Shown here: positions 39,900-53,500 of the stretch, in pieces | Layout of the letters: each line of letters opens with the position of its first letter | How positions within the stretch are numbered: the stretch's first letter is position 1 | DNA from: Sarea resinae | Taxonomy: Eukaryota | Length of the DNA stretch: 64,000 nt | Reading direction: 5' to 3' | Assembly: GCA_026026165.1 (NCBI GenBank) | Contig: JAPEUD010000010.1 | Coordinates: 310,001-374,000, forward strand | Program-made: the position numbers and the translations under genes | The notes under the pieces: model-generated | Seen by the model: the letters and a program-made list of their open reading frames with translations, nothing else | What the model was told of the DNA's origin: nothing | Database searches by the model: none

Positions 39900-40175
39900 C
39901 CGGAGGATACCTCATCATCTAACCATCTCTCTATCTGTCTATCTGTCTATCTGTCTATCTATCTATCTATTAAGCCCCCCGCCCCCCCTTTCCCACGGAC
40001 CCATGGCCCCACGTCCTTATTTTAATGAAGTCGAGGGCATAGATGTATGTACTTGCTTGCTTGCTTATTTGATTGCTTGAGTTGCTAGATAGCTTAATCA
40101 CTCAAACCAAATTATTAGATTGTCAGCCAATCCGAAACCTATAACCTATAACCTATAACCTACATTCTTAATTCC

Positions 40176-40207
<32 letters not shown>

Positions 40208-40660
40208 TTTTTTTTTCAAATGGTTAAAATCCTCTATTTAAAAGTGCTCACAGGCGGTAGTAAGTAAGTAAATAAGTAAGTAAGTGAGTACCCACTAAGG
40301 CTGTCTAGCTGACTGTGTGCTATCTACCTACCTTATCTATCTATCTACCTTAGTTAGTTAGTTGGTTAGTTAGTAGCTAACTGACTGACTGACTCTCTCT
40401 CTCTCTCTAGCTCTTTCTTTGTAAGTTTTTGAATCAGTAGTGTGATACGAAAAAATTGAACGGGAATGGGGAATGGGAATGGCATTTAGGACGTGAGTTT
40501 GAGTTGGGTGGTTTTGAGTTGGGGTTGGATTCGTTTGGAGGTGAGTATTAAAGATTTTATTTTTTTTGGAGGTGAGGGTTAGGGAGGGTTAGGTTTTAGT
40601 TTTAGTTTTAGTTTTAGTTTTAGTTGAGTTGAGTTGAGTTGAGTTGAGTTGAGCTGAATG
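39900..40660. repeat. Dense simple-repeat block: (CTAT/CTGT)n, (TAACCTA)n, C28, T13, (TAAG)n, (TTAG)n, (GTTTTA)n, (GTTGA)n
   Basis: Seen directly between the convergent DPB11 and TUL1 3' ends; the C28 run is at 40174-40201. Confidence 0.92.
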
Positions 40661-41065
40661 GAGTTGATTTGTTTTGATTTTTTTTTGATTTGATTTCCTA
40701 CTTGTATTGAGGTTCGACTTCGATTGCACCGACCACCCGCCTCGCCATCTTAGAGAGAGAGAGAGGGAAAAAAAAGAAACAACAGGAACGGAAAACAAGG
40801 AACAGGAAACAGGAAAAGGGAGGAAAAGGCCATCGTGGACATGAGAGAATCGAAAAATAAACGCCTGGACGCATTGGCTCTTGCCCTTTCGTATCTACAT
40901 CTCTCTCGGTCCCCTCATGCGGTTGGAGGTCTCTAGCTTTGAACCTGGCCGGTTTGCCTGACTGGCTGGCTGGCTGGCTGGCTGCGCATACGATACTATG
41001 CGATACCATACCATACCATAGCAGGCCAACCTGCATCCGCTTAGCACCAGTAACCAACACCAGCC

Positions 41066-43825
41066 TCACAGCGGCGGCAGGCCCTCCCTACAAATCGGGC
41101 ACTGCAGCCGGAACCGCATCCAGCCCTCGAGACACGGCGTGTGGAAGATATGGCGACACGGCGTGACCATATAGGCGCGTCGGGCGAGGAGCGAGGAGGC
41201 GGCGGCGGCCGGGTCCACGGTGGTCACCGCGTGGTGGTGCGACGACGACGACGACGAAGACGAAGAGCGCGTTTCCACGCTGACTTCAATGTTCTGCATG
41301 CAGATCGCGCAGTCGAAGACGCGCGTGGTCATTGACCTTGACCTCGTCGCGGCGGGGGTGGTCGGGATGGACGAGGAGGCCTTGTCGGCTGCTGGCGAGG
41401 CCGCCGTGGGGTCAGTCGTTGTCGTCGCTGTCGCTGCTGCTGCTGCGCCGGCCGCGGGACCAGCGGTAGACGGAAAAGTAGTAGAAGAGGCAGAGGGATC
41501 GGTGGGGCTTGTGGGACTGGTAGCCTGCGTGAAGCCCACAGGCATAATGCCACCCTTCTCCTCGTCGCCCTCGCTGAGCATGGGATGGTAGTCGTACGCT
41601 TCGGGTGCCCAGCCCTTGCGGATGAACCATCGCGCGCCCAGCAGGTCTTGGCTCACGAGCACCCAAACCTGGCACCAGACCCAGCCGGCCAGGACACAGG
41701 CGGCTACGCCGTCCGTCTCCACGAAGAGCACATTGCTCTTCGCCGTGTAAAAGTAGAGAAAGGGCGCGAGACGCAGCAGGGACTGCGAGATGACGAATTC
41801 GTACCGGAGGGCCTTCCGACAGTTCCGTTGGATGTTGCGATAGATCTGCGGCAACCAGATCGAGAGGTAGAGGAACGATAGGATATTCGTGTAGGCGGAG
41901 CGGAGGGACGTCGGCCAGGTTGTTGCGTGCAATGAGAGGAAGAGAATGCTTAGGAGAAGGAAGTAGAAGCGGGCGTAGAGAGCACCAAAGGTGCGGGCCG
42001 GAGAGGGTGTCGGGGTGGTGGTCGTGGCAGCCGTAGTGGGAGCGGGAGTAGGAGTAGGCATGGGATCTGGGATGTTATCGGTGGGAGAGTCTTGGTCGGG
42101 CGGTAGAACGATGGGCGTGGCGCCGGAATTGGTAGCTTGACGGGCCGTGACAGGTAGAGGAAGAGTGTCTGCGCCGGCCGGGGTGATGATCGTACCAGGC
42201 GTGGTTCGAGATCGATTTGTTGCAGTGGTGGCGGTAGCAGTGGCAGTGGCGGTGGCTGCGGCCTGCTGTTGGCGCTCGCGGTCGGTCCTTTCAGGGGCCT
42301 GAACGGTCCAGATATCCATCAAGAACTTCATGCCCAAGAAGCTGACGCAAAAGAACGCGAGGAATGAAGTTGTGACGAGAACGAGAAATGCAGAGTCAAT
42401 GAACAGGCCCACAGTCAGGAACGCTATGCAGGAGAAGCCATCACCCATCGCCATCATAGCAATTGTGTAGAAGCTGATCCTGCTACGAGTGGAAGGGGTC
42501 GACGCTTCCCTCATCTGCCGCATCAGCGATATGACTTCCAGCCCAAGGATGAGGGCAGCAAGGAGGATATAGCGTTTCGCTTGACGGAGATAAACTTCTA
42601 GTTTGAGACCACTCAAATGGAGACCCTCTTGCGGTGAAAAGTCCGGCGGTCCTTTAGATTCCAACACAAAGCCGCAGTCGGGTGAAAATATAAGCATGGA
42701 CATGACGAGCGGAGGCGCAGGGGGGATTGGGGCCCCTTTGGGAAAGCGAAGTTCGTCTTCAATCTGGTGTAGTAACCCTGCTGTACGGTCACCGGTAAGA
42801 CTGACGGCTTGCTGTTGGAGGTATATGATATACTCGCAATGTGGCGTCGGGAGCAAAAGATCCGAGGAGCTATCAGGAGACGATGACCATGGATACGAGG
42901 GACCAGTATAGAGACTGGATTCTTGGGATTTGATGTCGGCATTGAGAGTTCGATTCAGGAAATGCTGAGATTGGAGATAAGTATGCTCTGAAAGCGCAAA
43001 GTGAGGAAGAGCAAACAATCCGGCAAATCTGCATACGATCAGCTTCTGCCTTAGATTGAAGTGGTCAGCAAGGGAGCAATACTTCTCACTGGTGGTAGTA
43101 AGAACCGCTTCTCCCAGGTTTGGAAAATGCACGCCATACAACTTCATTTCCCAACCGTCACCAGAAGACGTGCTGTCCTTGATCATCAACTTGGCACCGA
43201 TACTCCTCACGGCCGGCTCCTGATTCGTCGTCCCATGCTCTTCTCTCTCCTTCAACCGTAGCTGGACCTTTCCGCCAGAGCCGGTTATATTCCTTGTATA
43301 TTCATACGCAGCGAATTGTGATTCCGGCAGTAATGCGGTGAGGTTGATGATGGGAGCAGGCACGTCCTGTCCAACCTTTGCTCGCACCCATTCGCCACGA
43401 AGATAACCCGTCATGTTAGAGTACAGCGGTAGCTGTACACCTGTTTGTGTCAACTGCGGAGGTGACCGCTCTCCTGCACTTGCATCGCCACCACTGCCCG
43501 GCGCATCGTCAGGAGGATCCAGCTGTCGGACCCCATCCTGTCCCAGAGCTGCCTCTAGGAGCTCCTTGGCTCTATGCTGCACTTGAGGCAGAACCTCCCA
43601 GAGATAGCCATCCTCCTCGCGCAGACCCGTCACATTCAGCCAATGCTTGTTCCCAATATTGAAATCTCCATATCGAGAGCTGTTCAGCACGTCGAGCGCA
43701 TGACGTTCCTCGGCGACAAGATGGTCCAATTCCCGTCGCTGGCCTGGTGTCGGCTGGTGGGCGTCAGGAGCGACGAAGAGAAATATCAGGATCAAGACGA
43801 GTACGACAAGGCGAGGGGTGTCCAT
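41066..43825 (-). CDS. TUL1: Transmembrane RING-H2 E3 ubiquitin ligase of the Dsc complex (Tul1/Dsc1/DscA), ~901 aa
   Basis: Signal peptide, luminal domain (TTSEKFAGLFALPH after removing the in-frame intron 43082-43029; SPDCG), multiple TM helices, WLPQIYRN, and C-terminal CAICM...YMVTPCRHIFHTPCLEGWMRFRLQCPICREGLPPL. Confidence 0.95.
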   Translation of the reverse strand: MDTPRLVVLVLILIFLFVAPDAHQPTPGQRRELDHLVAEERHALDVLNSSRYGDFNIGNKHWLNVTGLREEDGYLWEVLPQVQHRAKELLEAALGQDGVRQLDPPDDAPGSGGDASAGERSPPQLTQTGVQLPLYSNMTGYLRGEWVRAKVGQDVPAPIINLTALLPESQFAAYEYTRNITGSGGKVQLRLKEREEHGTTNQEPAVRSIGAKLMIKDSTSSGDGWEMKLYGVHFPNLGEAVLTTTSEKYCSLADHFNLRQKLIVCRFAGLFALPHFALSEHTYLQSQHFLNRTLNADIKSQESSLYTGPSYPWSSSPDSSSDLLLPTPHCEYIIYLQQQAVSLTGDRTAGLLHQIEDELRFPKGAPIPPAPPLVMSMLIFSPDCGFVLESKGPPDFSPQEGLHLSGLKLEVYLRQAKRYILLAALILGLEVISLMRQMREASTPSTRSRISFYTIAMMAMGDGFSCIAFLTVGLFIDSAFLVLVTTSFLAFFCVSFLGMKFLMDIWTVQAPERTDRERQQQAAATATATATATTATNRSRTTPGTIITPAGADTLPLPVTARQATNSGATPIVLPPDQDSPTDNIPDPMPTPTPAPTTAATTTTPTPSPARTFGALYARFYFLLLSILFLSLHATTWPTSLRSAYTNILSFLYLSIWLPQIYRNIQRNCRKALRYEFVISQSLLRLAPFLYFYTAKSNVLFVETDGVAACVLAGWVWCQVWVLVSQDLLGARWFIRKGWAPEAYDYHPMLSEGDEEKGGIMPVGFTQATSPTSPTDPSASSTTFPSTAGPAAGAAAAATATTTTDPTAASPAADKASSSIPTTPAATRSRSMTTRVFDCAICMQNIEVSVETRSSSSSSSSSHHHAVTTVDPAAAASSLLARRAYMVTPCRHIFHTPCLEGWMRFRLQCPICREGLPPL

Positions 43826-44651
43826 GGACGCCGGAGAAATCAGCCCTCATCGGAGGCAAGGCATCGTCTATGCTGTTGTCGAAAGCTGAGAGCAAGACGT
43901 GGTGATGCTGCTCTCTGTAGGGTGACATAGGTCTACATATGTCATAGGCGAGCCGTCATACCTTATGCACCGTAGGTAGCTATCGCGTGAACCCGATAAC
44001 ATCAAACAATTAGCTTCATACACATTGACTTCTTGGACATGAACAGCTCAATGAACAAGTCATGATCATGTTGCCAGTGGCTTCTTTCCCTGAGGCATCT
44101 AAGGCTACATGCATGGGCCTGATCTTCTTCGTTGCCAACGGCTGATCAAATCGACTACCGCTGCCTGCAGGAACCAAAAAGCTACATGGGACGAGCAATG
44201 AAGTTCATCTTCTCCCGGACCCCTAGTCCTGATATGATCCACTTCCCCACGCTTCGTCCCCCGCGGACCAGAGAATCATCTCCACAGCTGGCTCGCTCCC
44301 TTTCCAGTTTGTCTAGACATCTCAAGAGCTGCTCGACGCAAACCTACAGCACATTGCATTGCATTGCATTGCCCCCTCGTCAACCCCGTCAACCAAGCAG
44401 CCAAAAACAAGCTCAGGAGAACCACCGCGATAGCGAAGCCAGATGATGAGATGAGTAGTGTGAGACAGTGAGATAACAAAAAAGAAACGAGAAACGAAGA
44501 TTGATGAAAGCCCCTGTCCGATCCGGTCCATTGATTCCTTCCATACGCACACTACATATGTTATAGCGTTCCTCCATCGTGCTTCGAGTACAGAAAACAA
44601 TGCAGCAGAGCACCAGATTATTTGCCCAACGTTCCTCTTTGCGCTCTCATA

Positions 44652-46434
44652 TTAAGATGCAGTCTTCTTCTCCAACTCCTTTACCCCTTCAGGCGTCAAC
44701 TCCGGCCCTGGCTCCTCTTCCTCGGCAATCATGTTCGGGTTCACAACGGTCTCGGCTTGGGAGATGCCCGTCTCCTCGACATACTTCCTGGCTTCAGCAA
44801 CGATAGCGTCTGCCTCGCTAATGCCACCCTCCTTGGTGCTTGAAGGATCGCCTTCAACACCGATAGGCTCGGACTTGCGGTCGACGGTGTTCTGAACGGC
44901 TTTGCTGTCGAAACGGACGACCATGCATGAGAGGTTGTCGGTCGAGAAGCGGGAGAGGGCATGATCGACCAGTTGCTTGGAGGCGGCCTGGGGATCGGTC
45001 GTATTACGGATCAAGTCAACGGCTTCTTGGTCGGAGCACACGTCCCAGAGCTGGAATGAAGTTGTCAGTGATTTGATTCGAGGTTTAAGAATCTTAGGGA
45101 AAGCTTACCCCATCACAGGCTAAAATGAGGAATTCATCAATGTCCGGCTGAACGACGGTTTCGGTGGTGTATGGGTGTCCTGTTACCAGGTCCTTCATGT
45201 ACGCATCACCCAATGCCCTGGTCACGGCCAAGACTCCGTTTACACGGTTGTTGAGTATCAAGCCCCCAGCATTAGCGACCCGTTTCCCTTCATTCTCGTC
45301 GCTGCCCTTGTGGTCGTAAGACAGCCGTAGGGCTTTGCCATTGCGGCACAATACGATACGTGCGTCTCCAACGTTAGCAGTATACAATACGCGTTGACGT
45401 GATGCGGAATCTTGGAGGCTAGCATGGATTGGAAGCATGGTTTGAGAAGTATGCAGAGCAAGAGTTGCATTGTTGGGGCCAGACTTGGGTAGGGTATCTC
45501 CTGAGTTGCTTCTGCTGGCAGCCTCCGAAGCCGCTTTCGCAGCTGCTACCGTTGCTGGAGCTATCGCAGTTGATCCAGTAGCTGATTGTGAGTTTGGTAT
45601 CCTATCCTCCCATCGTAGTACGGCAATGACAGCTGTACATCCGCTGTTCTTGAGGGGGAGCTTTTCGAGCTGCTGATCCACGCTCGTGAACGTCTGATCT
45701 AGAAGTTCGGGGATCGGCGTATTGGGGTTCCGTCGGATGATCTCTTCCAGGATCAAATGTAGCTTCTTGCCGCACCAATCTGCCGCAAATGTACCGGCGT
45801 GTCCATCAAAGATGGCAAAGTAGCCATTATCGGTCTCGACAATCCGCGACGAAGGTGCCGAACTTGAGTTTGAGTCTGTGGCAGCCAATTCACCAGAAGA
45901 TTTCGTGCTCAACGAGCTTGTATCACCAAGGACCGGAGCGGGAGTGCTCAAGAAATTATAAAGATACGCGTGCGTGTCCTCCATAGTCCGCCTACATTTT
46001 TTGTTCTTGTCTTCCGTCACACCCACTCGGAACGTTGATCGAGGTCCAGGAACCGATTCGCCAGCAGAGTTGTTCAGCGATCCTTGAGGTACACTGAGAG
46101 CAGGGTCTGCCCTGCCCAACTTTTGCAACGAAGACGGAGAGTGGTTTCTATCCGAGCCGTCCCCGCCCGAATTCGATGATGATCCAGAAAGATGTAAAGA
46201 ATTCTTGGCACTCGAAAACAGCGCGGTAGCCCTGCTCACGCCGCTACTCCTTCTCTTCTTCTCCCCGCCAGCGCTGGCGTCGTCGGATCCCTTTCTGCCT
46301 GACGGACTCGGACTGATATTATTCCGTTTCTCCCCGCCATTGTTTGCGTCCGCTGAAGCGCCCTCCGCTGCTGCAGCGGCGGTTGGCGCATTGCCATTAT
46401 CTTCCTTGGGTGGAGAAGAGGGATTGCCGAACAT
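44652..46434 (-). CDS. PTC1: Type 2C protein phosphatase, Ptc1-like, ~574 aa
   Basis: Exons 46434-45109 and 45050-44652. Motifs: [68 protein letters not shown]. Confidence 0.95.
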
Positions 46435-49093
46435 TCTGTTCAGCAACCCTCCCTGTCCGGAGAGGCTTCTCCGCTTATTTCCTGCCAGTTTGGTGGTGTT
46501 CGGCCCTGTTGCAGTGCCTCGCAATGGTAGCGTACCGAGGAGAAGAGAAGAAGTCGAAAGAAAAACGAATGCGCTGTAGACAGTGGACTCTGAGACTAGG
46601 TACCGACTGTGACTCTACAGGAGAGATGAGACGCCGATGGAATACGCAGAAGTGAACGTAGTCAGGATTCTGGATCAAGCTCTGTCAGCTCCGTAGGACC
46701 CAATGCGCCCGATGCATAATCATGGACGGACGTTGACGAGGATGGACGATGAAAAGCTTACTAGAGAACGGAATATCTAGGTCCGATGTTGCCGGATGAG
46801 GCCCGAAAGAGAACAATCACTCCAGGATAATGCCACTGGCGATCAATTGCACGTCACGATCTCTCCAGAGGGATTTCGCTTGAATGAGGTGGGGTGAAAG
46901 TTGGCGATGGCAAGAGCAGTGATGGGGTGGAGTTAGAGTTTAGTGATGGTGCGAACACGTCGTTGAATGGCCGGACCCTGAGTGATCGCAAATGGGTGAG
47001 AGAGGTCTGCGTGAGTGAATACCTTAGGGTCGTGAGTGAATAAGGTAGTCGTGGTGGTAGTGGTAGGAGTAGTAAGGCAAGTAGTGAGAAAGGTGGGTGT
47101 GCCCTCCAGATGGGCAAGGCTAAGCGGGCTCTGATGACGCACGCGATAGCTTCGGTCTTTCCGTCGAAAGTCTGGGGAAGGGGAAGATACGAAAAAGAAA
47201 GCAGAGGATGGTTCAGGAGAGTCGAGACTGTGGAAGGTCCAACAGAGGCCACCGCGCCGCAACAAACGATCGTAGTCTCACGGGCCGTATCTCTTTGAAC
47301 CCTCTCTCTCTCTCAGTCTCACAGTGTCTCTCTCTCGACTCGGCAACTTGTGTTGGTGTGTTGGTTGGTGGGTGTGTAGTGGAAGGTAAGGTAGTGTGGT
47401 GTACTCCGTATGGAACGTAATTGGGGGGATGGGGGGGGGTTTCCCGTGTGGAGGGAGGGATCAGTAGCCCTGGAGGTACAGTAGGGTATGTAGGTATTGG
47501 CTTGGCGCGGAGTGTGGAGGGGAAGGGGAACTGAAACCGGATCGTAATTGGGGGGGGAAACGGGGCAACAACGCCGTCGGGGTCCTTCTACTCCTGAAGA
47601 GTACCTAGGTGGTCACTACTGGTATCACGATCATCTGCTGTCGATTCGTCGCCATCGAGACGATTTACCACCTCACCTTGGCTCAGCTACCTGACCGGAT
47701 GGCACGGTGGAAGGGAATGTCTGGCTTCAAGACGGGATCCTTTGGGGACGGGCTGCACGACCGAGTACAGGAAGCAACCCATCTGTAGAAGCGTAAGGTA
47801 GGTAGGTAGGTATGGATGGAGGGCTTCTACCATGATACTCTCCTCAGGTCGTGTGGTGGAAGTGGTGTATAATTAGATCAAACGACTTCTGTACATGCTG
47901 AAGTACGAGGTAGTGTACGTCAGGTCGGGCAAGGCAAGGTACCTACCTGGTCGTACTGTACCTTACTGTTTGGCCTGGACATCCATGGATGGCAGCTGGA
48001 GGTGGACGAGTTCGCAGTACGAGGACGCGACTCGGACTCGGAGGCAGGAGCAAGAGCCAAGGAGCTTGAACCCAGGCGGGCCGGGTAAAAGGTGAAGGCG
48101 AAGGAAGGTGAGATGACCTCCACTGGAAACATCAAACACCCGTGGACGGGAGGACAACCTAACAATGACTGAGGTGCAGAGCCTACTGCGCAGTAAGAGC
48201 CCATGTACGAAGCAGGTAAGGTGTCTCTTCGACGAAGCCACTACCGTGAGTCTGCCCATCGACTAAGCAAGCCTGGCTCGTGGCAATGTTGACGCCAGAA
48301 CCATCAACACGGCCAATGGTCCAATAGTGACGGTGCGACGGATCTGCTGCGGCGAACCCATGCGGCGGAGAAGAAGACGACCAAGAAGGAGAGCTGGACG
48401 ACAGCAGCCAGTCGATCAGTCAATCAATATTCAGGTCGATACGCATCATCCTCGGGCCGCGCGACAGCTCATATCGAATGCTGTTACCCACCTCACCTCT
48501 CGCGTGGGTGACGGGCATGATGAGCGTGACGAGCGCGACGAGCTTGTCTCTTTAAAGATTGCAGGTGCCTTTCCTCGGGCGAGGCCTCGGACTCGGATCT
48601 GCAGCATGAAGCGCGAAAAGGATGAGAGAGTGGGGGGAAGGCGACAAGGTTGAGAGATGGGCAGACACGCGATCACGGCCAAATCAATGCGACATGGATA
48701 CGAGATTAAGTTGCTAAGGTACTTGGCATGATACACGTCGTCGGCTTACGGAGTTACTCATCCATTCCATTGGCACCGCGCTATGCGACTTGGAACAGCA
48801 CGGGTACCTTACATCGAGATCATATTTGTTTTCTTCGTCGTTTCTTGAAACGACGGCAAAGTCTCACCTGAGGCAGCCAGCTAAGGTACCAAACGATACG
48901 TGGTACGCAGTAGTCAAGATTGGCTTGCCTGCCTGCTGCCCGGACAGCATCCCAATCTGCCGTTGACAGGGTATGCACACTCGCAGTAGTGGTACCTCTA
49001 AACTCCATAGAGCAAACCTATGTCCCGGAGACAGAACGATCAAGACTCAAATCATAGAACGCCAACAAATGATCAGAGGGGAATCGAGGTGGA

Positions 49094-50032
49094 TTATCGC
49101 CGCAGACTATCGAGTCTGGCCTGCAGGTCATCATCCCCAGCATCCCCTCCCCCGATAGCTTCGGCAACCCTTCCATCCGAGACGGAATTCTTCTGCAGGC
49201 CCGTTGGCGTTTCTCCCAGCTAAGAAGCACGATATGTCAGTCGACGGATCTCTTAGATCTGCATCGGGCTTGGATGGAACTTTAATTAGACGTACCGCTT
49301 GGCCCAGGTCAACGCCTATCTCGTCCAATACCTCCTTGACAACTTCTTCCCCTTCCTCTTCATCCTCCAGCCCTGTCACGTCGTCGATTGCATCATCCAT
49401 CATCTCTTGCCGTTGATCCATTATATCGTTCTCCTTTTCGAACTCCATAGCTATTCTTTGTAGGGCCGGCAGATTCATACTGCGGTTCATACTACCGAGC
49501 AGGGAGGTTGCTCCCTTCATTGACTGCATCATCTGCTCGTTGCTTCGCACGGTCTGTACTCATCATCAGTAAAGCACGGAAGTGGCATCAGTGACGTAGT
49601 GACTTAGAGGCCTACCTGAATACGCAATGAAACTGCCTGTAGTTGCGTCTTCATCTGGTAGAATTTCTGAATGTACCTGTCGATTCTTCGCATTAGCTGA
49701 CTCTCTCCTCATGCGTGCAGTATTGGAGACCTTCTATGATTCCCACAGTAGTGACTCACCTCCTGGTCCGAACGAGGTCCTTTGCCTGGATCTTGCAAGC
49801 TCCCATCTGTCCATTCTTGGCACTCTTCTTGATATCTTGGATCAGCTTCTTCTCCTGATTTTCAAGCTTGACCCGCTCCCTATCCAGCTCTCGCTGCGTC
49901 TTTTCGAGTGCCCTTTGGTGCTTGCGCAACCGCTCCGCGGGCGTCATGCGCTTGCCGAATGCCCATTCTATGATCTGCATGTCAACAAATTAGCCATCGG
50001 ATCGCCCGAGTCGAGACTTCACCCACATTCAT
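49094..50032 (-). CDS. VPS2: ESCRT-III subunit Vps2/Did4 (CHMP2), ~221 aa
   Basis: Exons 50032-50027 (6-nt first coding exon), 49974-49760, 49676-49616, 49553-49296, 49219-49094. Reads MNIIEWAFGKRMTPAERLRKHQRALEKTQRELDRER...AKDLVRTRRYIQKF and ends in the MIM1-type DDLQARLDSLRR*. Confidence 0.96.
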
Positions 50033-50552
50033 CTTGGCGCGCTTGCACGTTGCCTTGCTCACCCGTAGATTCAAGACAAGTCGTTGGATTGGCAAGAGGT
50101 TGTCTGGCAGGGCTTGGAGACAAGGCACCCTTTGAGCTGATACTTTGAGTTGATTGCGGCGGATGGATGTGAACGAAGCCCGATAAACCCAGGTACGAAG
50201 ACAGAGTACGAAGTACGTAATGTTGCCTGAGTAGGGTACCTCTGACTACTGCGACATTACTGAGCTTGACAAGTACACGCAGTACCTCGGAGCACAGGCT
50301 TTGTGAGTATGGTCAGCCTCCAGCTGTAGTCTGCCCGGGTCCGGGTTGATGAGGCTGACTGCACGGGGGTGCGCATTTCCCATCACTCGGAAAGTCACCG
50401 CCCGCCACCCGTCTCACGCCACTGCCGCGCTACTGAGCCCTCCGCATAATACCCCAAACCATTCGTCAAGAAGAAAAGATAACATCATCGGCCCTTCTGT
50501 CGCAGAAACAGGCAGATCATCACAAATTCGAAAAAACTCAACTTCCATCACC

Positions 50553-53500
50553 ATGGGTAAGGACGGTCGCTCTGGCGGCGAGTCCTCGTCCAAGAACGAG
50601 TCTCCATCACGACAACCTTTAGATTCGCGCGCATCATATCCCGCTCCTCACGGCTCCGGCAGACCAGGTTACATGACTGTCGGCTCAGGCTCGACTTCGG
50701 CAAGCGCGGCGGCTTTAACAGCGATGCTTGATGAGGATTCGGGATACCGTGGAAGCATAGTAGACGGTGCTGGAGGAATGGCTAGCGGATGGCATCCAGG
50801 GTTGACTGCGGATTCACCCATACCGGCTCATACGCCCGTCTTACCTGGGGAGAGCAATGCGGCCTGTATGTCATTCGCCACAAGTTCCCGGTCATCAAGT
50901 GGAAAAAAGAGAAAATAAGACTAATCCTTTGAGATGTAGCTGAAAATGAGAGACGGGTACTGGCAAGCCATGTTCACCAATTATATTAGTATGGACCACC
51001 GGAGAGTAAACTACGCAAGGTCGGACGTTAACATTCTCTAGCAACCAAAATCGCGTTGCCTTAGGACGAGCAATCAACAAGACCATCGAAACTCTTAAAG
51101 AATTGCAACAGATGAACACATCCTGGCCGGCACATTATCCGTCCGTCCAGCGTCCCCCGTCGCCCCATCCCCACTCGCCCGAGCGTCGGCCAAATTTGAT
51201 GCAAAGGCAGTCAGTTGCGACTGGCAACCGCCCCGACGAAGGCGACTCCGGAATGCCACGCCCAGGTGGGTTGCGGCGAGCAGCAACTTCTCTTGGCGAG
51301 GACAGTTCCCTGGCGGAAAGCAGTGCGGCCGCAGAAAGGAGACCGGCAGCAGAACCACGATTGTTCACTCCGCAGATCGCTCAAGAATTCTCGATATTGA
51401 AAATCGATTTGAAGATGGGAGCACTGTCGCAGACGGATATAGTACACTCTCTGGAAAAACGGTCCATAGCGTCACTATTAGACGACAAGGTCAGCCAGAG
51501 CATAAGGCACCTGCTCGCACTGAGAGACCGGATAGAGGATACGTCTAGCAAGGTGCTCGTTACCGGTGACCTGAATGCTGGAAAGTCTACGTTCTGTAAT
51601 GCTCTATTAAGGCGGAAAGTTTTACCTGAAGACCAGCAGCCGTGCACGAGTATCTTTTGCGAGGTCTTGGATGCGAGGGAGAACGGAGGCATCGAGGAAG
51701 TCCATGCTGTCCACAAAGAAGCTCAATACGACAGACACAACGAAAGCACCTACGATGTCTATTCACTGAAACAGTTGGACCAGATAGTGGTCGACAACGA
51801 ACGATATAATCAGTGCAAGGTTTACGTGCAGGACATCAGAACGGTCGATGAGTCATTACTGAACAATGGGGTTGTCGACATTTCGTTGATCGATGCCCCC
51901 GGGCTCAATAACGACTCCTTAAAAACGACGGCTGTCTTTGCTCGACAGGAGGAGATTGACGTCGTTGTGTTCGTGGTCTCAGCGGCAAATCATTTCACTC
52001 TTTCGGCCAAGGAGTTCATATTCAACGCTGCTCGAGAGAAGGCTTACATGTTCATGGTGGTCAACGGTTACGACAACATTCGGGACAAAAACAGATGTCA
52101 ACGCATGATTCTCGAGCAAGTTGCCAGTCTAAGTCCGGCAACTTTCAAAGAGTCCGCGGAACTCGTCCATTTCGTCTCTAGCAATGCCATACCTGTTGCT
52201 CCCGCTGGCTCTTCGGGCGTCCCAGGTGGCAGTGGAGGAGGAGGTGGTGGTGGCGGCGGAGGGTCAGACCCTTCAGACGATGGTCCAGGCGGCGCTCCTG
52301 AGAATGACGACGATGAGGAACCCAAGGGCAAGCATGGATCCCCTGGCTCCCCAACCGGAAAAGGCAAGGAAAAAGAGCGAGAAAAGCTTCAAGATTTCGA
52401 AAATCTAGAAGCTGCTCTTAGGCGATTCGTCCTCGAGAAGAGGGCCCGATCAAAGCTCGCACCGGCAAAGACATATCTGCTAAATGTGCTTGGTGATCTG
52501 CAGACTCTCGCGACCGTCAACCGCGATGTCGCCCAATCCGAGCTCGAACGTGTCACAAAAGAACTACAAGAGCTTGAGCCTGCTTTCGAGCAGTCGAAGA
52601 AGGCCCGATCGGAAGTCAGCGATGACATCGACCGCACCATCGAAACCACCTGCTCTGACATCTACGACCACACCCGCAAAACCCTCTCAACCACCATCGC
52701 GCAAGTCGCGGAGCAAGACCTCGGCGTGCCCTACCCGGGCCTCGTCAACGCCTTTCAATACGCCGAAGACATTAAAGCCGCGATGCTGGACCAGATCTCG
52801 GCGGCCGTTACGGCGTGCGAAAATGAAGCTCGTGTCAAGACTGTCGATGGCGTCAACGTCATCAAGAGCCTCGGTCTTCTGCACCTCGGGAATGAATACT
52901 CCGAGATGACGTTCAAGAGTGACATGATGTTCCGACGCAAACGGGATGCCTGGGCGAGACAAGTCGACACAGACGTCGAGATTTGGGATTTCTTCGACGT
53001 CAGCAGCGTCTTTAATCTAGAGCGGCTGTTTGACCGACAGGAGAAAGTCGCGGGAACGGGTATGGCAATGACGGTCGTTGGCGTGATGGGTTCCCGCATG
53101 GTCGGTGGTGTGGGGTGGGTTGATGGGGCAGTGAGTGCAGCGCGCGTGTTTGGCTCCAAGGGAATGCGCAGGATGATCGTGCCGGGGATTTTTGCAGTCG
53201 GTGAGTCTCATGATATCCCCCGTTTGTCTCTCTTCCCGATACTAACACCATCTTCCTCTCGCAGCGGTGCTAGGTATATCCTACGTCCTGTCTTCGATCC
53301 CGCAATCCTTGCCACGGCGTCTCAGTTCCAAGCTAAGCGCGACGCTCGAGACGCTCGACTACACGCACACCAACTCGCAGCGCATCGCGTCGGAAGTCCG
53401 CAAGGTGCTGCGATACCCGGCGGACGATCTGCGCGTCGCGCTCCAGCGCAGTGTCGAGCAGATCGCCACCAAGAGAGACGAAACCTCCAAAGTGAAGCGC

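Noticed and set aside
40135..40600. (TAACCTA)n and GGGTTAGGG resembling telomere repeats
   Set aside because: The unit is 7 nt and TTAGGG is not tandem; it is part of a generic microsatellite block.
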